Origin: Octopus bimaculoides
Lineage: Eukaryota
Direction of reading: 5' to 3'
DNA: 64,000 nt
NCBI RefSeq assembly: GCF_001194135.2
Contig: NC_069000.1
Span: 14,229,299-14,293,298, forward strand
Shown: positions 12,186 through 22,700 of the stretch, in pieces
Layout of the letters: each line of letters opens with the position of its first letter
How positions within the stretch are numbered: the first letter of the stretch is position 1
Made by a program: the position numbers and the translations under genes
Notes under the pieces: model-generated
The model's input: the letters and a program-made list of their open reading frames with translations, nothing else
Told to the model about the DNA's origin: nothing
The model's database searches: none

Positions 12186-14151
12186 AATAAATCTCAGGGT
12201 AGCAAAAAAAAATTTAGAAATTCTTTTTGCTACCAGTGGTCTAGCGAGAAGAAAAAAAATAGTCCATTGACTATATATTATTCATATAAATACATACAGT
12301 GTATATTTAAACAACATAAGAGAGATGTCCATAATAGGACATCTAACCCGCTAGAAGGAGCAGTCAAAACTCCAAACCACAATTAGGGATAATTTCGAAA
12401 GGGAATGAAAAATAAAAACATTCGCCATCTATTTCCTGAACCANNNNNNNNNNNNNNNNNNNNNNNNNNNNNNNNNNNNNNNNNNNNNNNNNNNNNNNNN
12501 NNNNNNNNNNNNNNNNNNNNNNNNNNNNNNNNNNNNNNNNNNNNNNNNNNNNNNNNNNNNNNNNNNNNNNNNNNNNNAGGTTTCAAGCTATTTTCAACAA
12601 AATAAAATAATTTGCTAGGCCAGCTATCATCATATATATAAAGAGAGAGAGAGAGAGAGAGATTTTCACGTTTTATTATTTGCAATTTCTACAATTTTAC
12701 AATATTGAAATAAACTAGTACTTTCATGTGTTACATAATCGTCAGGTTTATGTAGTAACAGTTGTGCTCCATAAAAATTGCAAATAATAAAACATGAAAA
12801 TCAGAATTAGTTGGAATTTCATTGATTGATATATATATATACTAGTAGAGATACCTGGTGTTGCTCGGGATTAAAATGGTGTAGTTTTTTTATTGTCTTA
12901 CTTGTTTCAGTCATGTGACTGGGGCCATGCTGGAGCACCGGCTTTAGTCGAACAAATCGACCCCAGGATTTATTCTTTGTAAGCTTAGTACTTATTCTAT
13001 CAGTGCGTGTGTGTGTGAAAGTGCGTGTGTGAAAGTGTATGTGGTCTAGTAGTTAGAATGTTTATCACACGATCATAATGCTGTGGATTTTATTTTGTTG
13101 TGTCGAACAAGACACTTCATTTAACGTTGGTTGCTTCAGCCTTACTCAGCTGAAAATAAGTACCAGTCGAGTGTTAGTACAGCTCTATTCCTCCATGTAT
13201 CACACTCTGATATACCACTGGGTCACATAGGAAGAATACCAAAAGTGTGCTTATGTCTGCTCGCGACTAAGCCGGCACCCAAAACAATTCGCGAAAGCAT
13301 TGTACTTCTTACTAAGCCTTATTCGCTCGCAGGTGATGGCTTATAATTGCGTGCGCGTGCGTGAGTCTGTGCGTGCGAGTCTAGCGTGCGTATGTGTATA
13401 CATGTATGTATGTATGCATTGGTAGCAGACGATATACCAGAGCAAAAAAATTAGCTGGGGAAAAGATATGAGACATAACTGAATTAAAGGGAAAATGCTT
13501 ATAAAATACGCTATGCATCCTTTTACCAGCTGATATTGGAAATTAATGTCTAATCTGAGATAACACGGACATAACTAATCTTAGATAATTTGTCTTCGTG
13601 TTCAAACGAATCTGTCACCTCAACCGCTAGATGTTATCATTAAGCGTAATTTTCTTAACTCCTTTCTGTCTGTTCAAAGTATTTTCATAAGTTTATTCTA
13701 AACATATCTATGCTTTTAGTTAGCCATTGTTTCATACGTCCCAAGTAACTCTGGTGGTTAAAAAAAATTGGGAATCTGTATCAAGGAAACGCCAAAGTAC
13801 AATGTTCTGTATGTGATACACAGGGCGGGCTGAGAGTTAACTGCATTTCTTGGCCCTTAAAATAGCTATTCCTTTAGCTCAGGTTGCCTTTAGATGTGGT
13901 AACTGTTGGCCTAGTTAATATAATCAGGCAATATTTAAAACTTGACGCAACTAACTTTTAGCTGTAGTAAATTTACGAAGTATTCCTCAAAAGATTAACA
14001 GTTATGAGAGTTACGTATTTACAGCCAGTAATTATTGTTATAATTAAAATGAAAGGACTCACCCACAGTCACAGAGTTGTGTAATATTTGCATCATCAGG
14101 TATTTCCTCGGTCCATATATCAAAGGAACTAGCACTCGTTCCTAGAGTCAT
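4523..14151 (-). CDS. SAXO: SAXO/FAM154-family stabilizer of axonemal microtubules-like gene; CDS complement(join 14063-14151, 9952-10198, 9163-9388, 8300-8422, 7883-8132, 6069-6207, 4951-5157, 4523-4819), 1578 nt, 525 aa
   Basis: Manual splicing gives 8 exons, all GT-AG, with matching phases (2,0,1,1,2,0,0) and one open frame to TAA. The protein has an N-terminal QLCDCG|HH motif and 12 repeats of the T-x-[YHTQ]-x3-[YF] type preceded by Y-x-P-P-x2-F-like segments (e.g. YEPPSEPFTYTTSYRNDF, YVPPQTKFHSETTTKTTY). It ends in TTNYRSTFIKPKVKMCKA. This resembles the SAXO1/2 architecture by recall. SAXO1 versus SAXO2 orthology is not resolved. Confidence 0.85.
4951..5157 (-). CDS. SAXO: SAXO-like exon 7 (RDYCPIDLRF...FDGTTSNKEFFQKW...YVPPQ)
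   Basis: Acceptor gttttattcttAG, donor CAG|GTAAGA, 207 nt. Confidence 0.88.
6069..6207 (-). CDS. SAXO: SAXO-like exon 6 (RCFETEQRAIYKGH...YVKPTVKVESLSSQK)
   Basis: Acceptor ttttttttaatatcgatAG, donor AAG|GTATGT, 139 nt. Confidence 0.85.
6881..7098. mobile_element. Mariner-type MITE (~218 bp)
   Basis: ~29-bp TIRs tgaggaggtgctgaaaagttcctggcttt / aaagccaggaacttttcagtaacccctca. The right end is followed by TA. Confidence 0.75.
7883..8132 (-). CDS. SAXO: SAXO-like exon 5 (GYMDMKTTHQTTFKPY...FEGKTHFQHAYP...SHDN)
   Basis: Acceptor tattctcattaAG, donor CAG|GTTATT (weaker), 250 nt. Phase 2 is confirmed by the next exon. Confidence 0.82.
8300..8422 (-). CDS. SAXO: SAXO-like exon 4 (DSIIFPNKEPLPESTTQDTYCGK...)
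   Basis: Acceptor tttttattttctAG, donor AAG|GTAATT, 123 nt, phase 1/1. Confidence 0.85.
8544..8848 (-). mobile_element. tRNA-head SINE, family B (SAXO-like intron 3)
   Basis: Reverse complement of most of 16431-16740. Confidence 0.8.
9163..9388 (-). CDS. SAXO: SAXO-like exon 3 (ERIYEPPSEPFTYTTSYRNDF...TTTKEDYKAW...)
   Basis: Acceptor ctttgtcattgtAG, donor G|GTAAGA, 226 nt, open frame. Not present in the ORF track. Confidence 0.88.
9520..9672. repeat. (TATG/TACG)n tetranucleotide compound microsatellite followed by (GA)n and (GT)n
   Basis: Directly visible. Confidence 0.9.
9952..10198 (-). CDS. SAXO: SAXO-like exon 2 (HHKRKQKFQKNTP...ERRKPIFI)
   Basis: Acceptor tttttcattAG|A, donor ATA|GTAAGT, 247 nt. 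Contains repeats ETNYSETY and ETHQRSEF. Confidence 0.85.
11155..12017. repeat. ~100-bp inverted repeat pair (11155-11254 / 11918-12017) in SAXO-like intron 1
   Basis: By manual alignment the arms differ at 5 of ~100 positions. The 663-nt spacer contains (ACAT)n. Confidence 0.85.
14063..14151 (-). CDS. SAXO: SAXO-like coding exon 1 (MTLGTSASSFDIWTEEIPDDANITQLCDCG)
   Basis: ATG at 14151 with an in-frame stop upstream and no earlier ATG. Donor GG|GTGAGT, phase 2, matches the exon 2 acceptor. Confidence 0.75.
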
Positions 14152-15449
14152 TGTTACTGGCAACACCACTAATAAAAGTAGTTCTTTCCCACATAAGTAT
14201 CTAGGCTTAAAATAACGATGGTATGTCAGTAACTTTGATTAAATGTTATCTAAGTCATATCGTACTTTTAGAATGTTGTTTATAAAGCTAACTCATAATG
14301 GTAAGCTGTTGAAAATCAATATCTTGATCTTCGTTTCCCTTCAAACCAGTCTTATGTGACGAGTCAGTACACTTAGCAACAGCCTTAACAACTAATCCTC
14401 ATATTTCACAAGCATGTTTTCTTTATTTTCGTTATTCATTTTTTTTTTAATGTCTTAATTTGGCCACCCTTAGCACACACGTATATTCAGAGAGAGAGAG
14501 AGAGAGAGAGTCTGTCTGTGNNNNNNNNNNGGGGGGGGGGGTGACGTTGATGTCTCATTCACAATATTGGTCTTTCGTGTAAAGGTTTATTATTTTTATT
14601 TCTGTTGTACGATACAAAGATGTATTTTTATTCTACAGAGTCGAGTTAATTAATTTCCTTTCTTACAAAAATTCTTAGAATAGTAGTTCTAACTATCGTG
14701 GATCAGCGCCCTTTCGTCAGATGAAGGTGTTCTTCAAAGGTCCCTTTTGCATGCTTTTCAAAAATAAAAAAAAAAAGATTGCATTAACCAAGCAGAGGCT
14801 GTGGTTTAATATCCGTATTTTCCTACATTATCCCAACCAACAGGTGCCACCATTTAAATGTATGTATATGTGTCTGATGAGTGGACAAACGGAAGAAAGT
14901 GGCACTCAACACACTTGTAGGAGTTATAGCCCAAATATTCAACCTGCTTTATGTTCAAATTGACCAGATCCAGCATCTCACACCTACCCTACAATGCCAT
15001 TCAAAAATATACAATCACATCATTGAAATCTCAAAGCTACAAGGTAATGCATGATTAATTCAAAATAATGTGAATAAATAAGCATTGCATTTGACACAAT
15101 AATCTGAATGCTAAAGGATTAAAAGAAGACTTTGTACAGATTTAAGTGTTGTTTTATCTCACTTTTTCTCCATTGAAAAGCAAAGGTGCTGGTTTGTTGT
15201 GATATGATCAATGTCTAAGAATATTCAAAGATCAATTAACATTCTACAACTGATGAACAACTTCACAGTGACATATGTAATCTGATGAATTTCCACCTTA
15301 TTACCAACTACATAATAAGGTGGAAACTGTAATCCTATTACATTTTTGTATTTGGTTTGCAAGATTCTTTATGTGAATTCATGTGTTGAAACAAATTTTG
15401 CTGTGTCTAGGGAGAGTCATAACACAAATATTAATTACAGAAGTAAGCA

Positions 15450-15608
15450 ATGGCTGTGTGGTAAGAAACTTGTTTCCAACCACATGGTTCCAGGTTCAAT
15501 CCCACTGCATGGCACCTTGGGTGAGTATCTTCTACTATAGCTTCAGGCCAACCAAAGCCTTGTGAGTGGATTTGGTAGATAGAAACTGGAAGAAGTCTGT
15601 TATATGTA

Positions 15609-15701
<93 letters not shown>

Positions 15702-15992
15702 TTAGTGTCTGCTTTCTATGCCGGCATAGGTTATATGTACATGTATATATGGGTTACATATACATGTATGTATATCTATGTGTGTGTACCTTTGTGTCTG
15801 TGTTTGTCCCACCCAATTGGTGTTGGTGTGTTTACATCCCTGTAACTTAGCAGTTCAGCAAAAGAGACCAATAGAATAAGTACTAGGCTTATAAAAATAA
15901 GTAAGCCTTGAGGTTGATTTGTTCAACTAAAACCCTTCAAGGTGGTGCCCCAGCATGGCCACAGTCAAATGACTAAAGCGAAAGATAAAAGA
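15450..15992 (+). mobile_element. tRNA-head SINE, family A, full length with internal microsatellite
   Basis: Head with A/B-box-like tggctgtgtggtaag..ggttcaatccc, core ccttgggcaagtgtcttctactatagc-type, internal (TA)n/(TG)n, and 3' block ..ataagtactaggctt..ccagcatggcc..agtcaaatgact. Repeated more than 20 times in the window. Confidence 0.8.
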
Positions 15993-16430
15993 TAACACAT
16001 GCACAGGTTCAGTTCCATTCCTTTATTATTAGTCAATTGATTAAGTATCTATCCAAGTAATTAATCAATCATTTGCTTAATTTGTTGGTTAAAAGATCAG
16101 TCGTTTATTTTGCTTTTTATTATGAAAGTTCTCTTGTTGCCATTTGCAACCTTTTCAGGGACTTCTCCCTTTTCCAAAATTAAAGCATAGGATTACAGCA
16201 CTGAGTTGATGTCTTTTTAGATGAGCTGCAGTTATTTTTACATCTTCACAGGGGTCAAGCTATATTTTTATAAACCAAGCAGATGGATTACCTTGACAAC
16301 AGCTACACAAATTTGACAGCCAGTGTCAGCCATCATTGGAATAACAACTGTTTCAGGTTTATGCCAACCAAGTCCAAAGTATCCAAAGTCTTCATGATTT
16401 GTTGAATACATTGAGGTTTATGTTATATTT

Positions 16431-16811
16431 GTGGAGGCGCAATGGCCCAATGGTTAGGGCAGCGGACTCGCGGTCATAGGATCGCAGTTTCGATTCCCAA
16501 ACCAGGCGTTGTGAGTGTTTATCGAGCGAAAACACCTAAAGCTCCACGAGGCTCCGGCAGGGGATGGTGGCAAACCCTGCTGTACTTTTCCACCACAACT
16601 TTCTCTCACTCTTACTTCCTGTTTCTGTCGTACCTGTTATTTAAACGGTCAGCCTTGTCACACCGTGTCACGCTGAATATCCCCGAGAACTACATTAAGG
16701 GTACACGTGTCTGTGGAGTGCTCAGCCACTTGCACGTTAATTTCACGAGCAGGCTGTTCCGTTGAACGGATCAACTGGAACCCTCGACGTTGTAAGCAAC
16801 GGAGTGCCAAC
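16431..16811 (+). mobile_element. tRNA-head SINE, family B
   Basis: Head gtggaggcgcaatggcccaatggttagggcagcggactcgcgg..gtttcgattccc (A/B boxes). The body matches the reverse complement of 8544-8848. Confidence 0.8.
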
Positions 16812-18021
16812 ACACACAACACATTACCACAATAAAAGCAAACATCTGATTTATGAAAGGATACTTGTTCATGATCCTCTTAGCACTCTTTCTTTATTTG
16901 TGTGTACTAGTCAACACAATTCCTAATAAACCTGAAGGGTGAATGACTGACCTTTCACCAGTTTCCTTAGCCTAAATATATTGGAGTACTTACTCTATTA
17001 CTCTATTATTTGTTTTAGTTATTTGACTGCGGCCATGCTGGAGCACTGCCTTTAGTCGAACAAATCGACCCCAGGACTTATTCTTTGTAAGCCTAGTACT
17101 TATTCTATCGGTCTCTTTTTGCCAAACTGCTAAGTTACGGGGACATAAACACACCAGCATTGGTTGTCAAGTGATGGTGGTGGGAACAAACACAGAAACA
17201 CAAACATACACACACACACACTTGCTCCTGTGCAGATGGCACGTAAAATACACCATTTCGAGCGTGGCCGTTGCCAGTACCGCCTGACTGGCCTTCGTGC
17301 CGGTGGCACGTAAAAGCACCCATTACACTTATTTCCTATTCATTTATTTATTCCAATCTTCCTTATATATATACATTTAATAATTTTTTCAGTGACGTTT
17401 TCCCTCCCCACATCTCTATTCAGCATAACTACAGACTGGTGCCCCACCACCTTCAACTTTGTTTTCTTATAACTCTTAAAAATGCATATTTTTAAATGAC
17501 ATTTTTCAGAAATACATTTTTTAAGAATGTATACCTATAAATCTGTGTAGACATATAAATTTGGTAACAAATCAAATGTATTGAAGTTATGGAAATTGAT
17601 GAGGTCAAAGCTGGAAAGATGGGTTGGAGCGAAGCCTAACCTGAACCTCCAAAATTTTTTTTTCCCTGAATATTATCGACATAACTGTAAAAACTATGCC
17701 TTGAAGATGTTTGCTGCAAAATTCCATTGGGAAAAGGCACTTTTCAGAAAGTTATAATTAAACAAAGTTGGGGTGGAGAGTACCCACTGCAGTTATGCTT
17801 TCTTTCCATTTCTATATTTTTTTCAAATAGACAAATACAGGTATATTAAATACCATACAACATAAATTCTTGATTTATTAAAATTACTCCATCTCTAAAG
17901 GATGTATCGTAATTACCAAATGGCAAATAAGACCGGGTCCCCTTGAAGAAGGGAGATAATCTTTAAGTTCAAGAATTTCTCCAAAGCTGACATGCCATAA
18001 AGTAAATAGACAGGCTTATTG

Positions 18022-18876
18022 TCTAAAGATCTACTACAATAATACTCTTGTGTTTTTCTCTGTCACAACATATAAATGAGAAAGGAAGGGGTGGTGGCAA
18101 ACTGGTAGTGGGATGATAGAAATACTATGGTGAAAAAAAATCAAACAGCGTTTCAACTCTGTGTGAGTATATGTGTGTGTATGTAAAAGGGAGGTATGTG
18201 TGTGTGTGTGTGTGTAAAAAGTGGGATGGTGAACATACAACGTTCCTGTCAAACAATCCAGCCCATGCCAGCGCGGAAAACGAACGTTAAACGATGATGA
18301 TGATTATGATTTCACCGAGATATCGAGGGAAATGAGATGTGAATGTGGTGCCTATTTACTGTTAGAGTATAAAAATGGACTGCTCAACACTAAAGCATTC
18401 AAGGATGTCTAAGAAACAGAGATTTCTTCCTTCATAATAACATTTGATACTTTTTTGCATATTATCTGGAGATTTTGTTGTGATTAAGATTCTGTATCAA
18501 TAGACTAGAACGACCCTTGGCCTCCACAAAAAAAAAAAAAATAATAATAACATCCCCATTTAAACTATGTACAAAATCAGCTATATTCATAAATTTACTC
18601 TATGCAAAGGAAAGATGATAATGAAGCATTTTTCACACTTTGGTCCCCTGCTCCTAGGTCTAACGATCTACTACAATAATACTCTTGTGTTTTTCTCTGT
18701 CACAACATATAAATGAGAAAGGAAGGGGTGGTGGCAAACTGGTAGTGGGATGATAGAAATACTATGGTGAAAAAAAATCAAACAGCGTTTCAACTCTGTG
18801 TGAGTATATGTGTGTGTATGTAAAAGGGAGGTATGTGTGTGTGTGTGTGTGTGTAAAAAGTGGGATGGTGAACATA
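18022..18876 (+). repeat. ~216-bp direct duplication (18022-18237 / 18659-18876)
   Basis: Copies are identical apart from one substitution near the start and (GT)n length. Confidence 0.9.
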
Positions 18877-19726
18877 TTTAGGGACAGAAAATCAAGGAAA
18901 ACTAAATTTTTGTGAAAAATCAGGGTAGCGTGTATAAAAAAAAAATCCTGACGTTGATTGGTGAAGCATATCTGGAAAGCTCGAAAAAGTGCTTCAGGCA
19001 CTTGTCTATTCAACAGAAACATTTCTGTCCCTAAATTCTGTAGACCCGTGTAGTTGCAGACACGTGCTTCTGGCATCAGCATGACAATTGCCCGACCTCA
19101 TCTCCAGTAACCAAGGAACTTAGACTGCCACAAAAAAAAAAGTAGAGCACATTTATGGCTTAATTTGTGTAATTTAAATCAAAAAAATTAGCTAAGAGAA
19201 ATAACTCAGAATGGCCAATAGCACGTATTTGAAAGACAGACAAACCTGTATTTGTCTATAATGTTTAAATATATGCTACAGGCTACTCTGAGTTATTTCC
19301 CTTGGCACATTTTTTAAAAAAATTATGCAAGTTTCTTATAAATGCTTTTTTATTTCTTTTTTATATGTAGATGACTACAGGTGGCATTGACTTCATGAAC
19401 TACAAATATATAAGTTATGTGGTTGAATATCACCGAGAGTTGAAAAGGAAATAGAAGTGGAATTGCTTCAGTAGAAAGCGAAAGTAGCCTAACATCCAAC
19501 TTTCTTAGCCATCCTTTAAAGCCTCTCCTCTAACCCTCAGATATTCATTATATAACTTTATATAAATTTTGTTCAGATAATATAAAGTTTAAAAAATATA
19601 TATCGTTACTCAAAAATAAATTCTGAATATTTATTTATTCCCAGTGTTTAAAAACTAAATATGCTTTCATCGTAGTTAATATTTATATTTGACTTAAGCG
19701 GCTCTAATGTTTATTATAACAACATT

Positions 19727-19783
19727 ATGGCGACGATCGTAGACATCAAATTAAAGCGAGCAAGCAAAGTATATCGTGAAGGT
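19727..19783 (+). CDS. VPS26C: VPS26C exon 1 (MATIVDIKLKRASKVYREG)
   Basis: ATG at 19727, donor GGT|GTAGGT, phase 0. Confidence 0.9.
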
Positions 19784-22700
19784 GTAGGTAGTGGTATTCT
19801 CGTTTTATTATTTGTCCTGGATGTTGATTTGATTAATATGCGCTGATATTTGTGGTGAACTAAAAGCTTCATTTATCATTTATATATTTTGATAGAATTA
19901 TATTTGGGGGCGTGTAGGATACCTTTTTACTTACACGATGCTAACAGTATTTTTAGCATATTAAAAAGGATACGAGCTTGTCCCTTCCAAATGCAGTGTT
20001 TATTTTAAAAAATATTATTTCAGGATTTTGTGAAAATATTGCTTTCCAAATGGAAATGTTAATTAAGCTCTATTCATTCCGTCATAACTACGAAAAGGGA
20101 CTCTTAGCTAATTGTTTGTATTTCACGCGACTATATGAGTAAATTATTTACTAATAATACATTTTAGTCAATTTGCTATGAAAATTATTGTCAAGAATTC
20201 GTTGATAAATCTTTAAAAAGTGTAAGAATGGGGAGACTAACATCCTTTAATTCGCCGATTCTCTTGTACCAGTCTTCACGTGATCATGTTTATATTCATA
20301 ATATTGTTGTTCTTTATATTCGATGACACTAAACTCGGCTTCTATACAATGCGAATAGTTTTACCTTTCTTGCATATGATTTATCTACAGCTCATTTTTT
20401 CTCCCTCCTTTAATCTCCTTTTTCTCCCTCCTTTAATCTCCTTTATCTGTTCTGTTAAATTAGATTACAACTTGTTAACAAAATTCTGATTCTTATCTCC
20501 GACTTTCTTCCAGGATGTACTTTCTGGTGTAGTTATTATTCAAAGCAAATCAGAAGTTCATCACCAAGGTATAGTGCTTAGCATCGATGGAACTGTTAAT
20601 TTGCAGCTTAGCCCCAAAAGTGTTGGGCTCTTTGAAGCATTCTACAACTCGGTTAAAGTATATATACATTTTTTTTTTTCTTTTTGATGCCTTATAAATG
20701 TTTCCATTGTAAAATTATTTAAAATAAATATTTAGGGCATCACTGTGTGGTTAAGAAACTCGCTTTGCAACCATGTGTTTTCAGGTTCAAACCCACTCCA
20801 CAGCACTTCAGATAAGAGTTTTCTACTATAGCCTCAAGCTGCCCAATGATTGCTAGTGAAGTTATTTGATGGAAACTATGGAAGCTTGTCATATATATTT
20901 ATATTATTATTATAATTGAAGGATGATTTCAAATGCTGAACCTTACGAAGGAGATGATAGATGACTGAGATATGAGGCACATTGCTGTACTTGAGAAGAC
21001 CTGTCCACTACAACAGAGTCTGTTGTGTATAATTATTTATAGATCACATGTATTCTTTTTTATCTTTTATCTGTTTCAGTCATTAGACTGGCCATGCTGG
21101 GGCTCCACCTTCAACTTTTATCCAAATCAGTCCTAGTGTTTATTTATTAAGCCTGGTATTTATTCTACTGGTCTATTTTGCTGAACTGCTAAGTTACGGG
21201 GATGTGAACACACTAACCCCGGTTGTCATATATATGACAGGCTTATTTTTCTTTCTGTCTACCAAATCCACTCACAAGCCTTTGGTCACTCTGAGGCTAT
21301 AGTAGAAGACACTTGCCCAAGATACTGTACAGTGGGACTGAACCCAGAACTACATGGTCGAGAAGCAAACTTCTTACCACACAGCCATACTTGCACCTGT
21401 ATTATAATTCATCTTAAACAATGTTGTTTAATTTTCCTGACATCTCTAAACTAGCTCTTTCTTTTTTCTATATTTTATAGCCAATATGTCTTCTGCAATA
21501 CTTGATAGACGTAGCTAAACCAGGTAAGATTCCACCAGGAAAAACAAAGCTACCATTTGAAGTTCCTTTAAAGCCTAAAATGCACAGAACATTGTATGAA
21601 ACTTACCATGGTGTATACGTAAGCATCCAGGTAAGTTACACCACTATTGAAATGCACTGTGAAAGTCCATGTATAATATGTTACCCTGTATAACAAGTAT
21701 CCCTAATACGATACATAACAAGGTATTATAGGTTGCCCCACTGATGCAAGAGTAGGCAATCTATTATAAGTTCTTAGTACTTCATTTTAAATAAAATACA
21801 TTGATGTATAATAAAATGAAAGAAAATAATTTTTTTTAAATAATAAGTCCCCAAGCTTGATAACTTAAAATGTCTTCAGTCTATGACAGGAAGTTGTTGA
21901 GTAACTCATAATAGAGTTAGGAAAGCAATTAAGACAGCTGAAGGAGTTGTGATATTAGCACTTATGACTGTCAGCAGCCAGAACATCTAGGAATCTGTTG
22001 CTAACATCCAACAGGTGATGATAATGAGTTACTGGTGATAGAATGCAGGTTTCCAAGTGAGAAATAATTGTAATTATACTAATGAAAAGATATTTGATTG
22101 AACTAATTTCTTTTGCATCATAATATATAAAAAAGTAAATAATAATGAGTTCTTTTGCTTCATTATAATTATTTTTATTTTATTTATAGTATATTATCAA
22201 AGCAGAGCTGAAACGGTCATTATTGAATAAAGATATTCAAAAGATCTGTGAATTTATTATTGAATATAAAGTAAGTCAGTTTTTTGCAAAGTATAAGAAC
22301 AATTTTGAAATTCATTTCATAATCATGTCTTATAAATGGGCATTTTCTTTTAGGAAACAGTTTAAAACTGTAGTAACGCTGTGCGAATGCGTAGTCTCAC
22401 GCATGCGTGGAATTCAACAAGCAAGCTTTCCCGCTTCATTCTGTCTCTTTCTTGCTGGCCAGCGATTGAGCATGGACGTGTTTAGCTGTCTCTCTCCATC
22501 TTTCAGACTTACACTCGACAGCTCGCTTACATCCACATACCAACGTCCCAACAACAATGCTCACACACACAGAAGCTGTAACAACAAACAAGAGCTAAAG
22601 ATGTATATATTTACCACCTGAATAAATGTTGTTAGTGTTGATAGTCTGGAGTTCAGCGTATCGTTAATTTCTAATATTATATAGGAAAGTCAGGTATACA

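Noticed and set aside
16431-16510. tRNA-like sequence, and similar heads at 15450, 25521 and 8780-8848
   Set aside because: There is no complete cloverleaf and each continues into a repeated body, so these are SINE heads, not tRNA genes.
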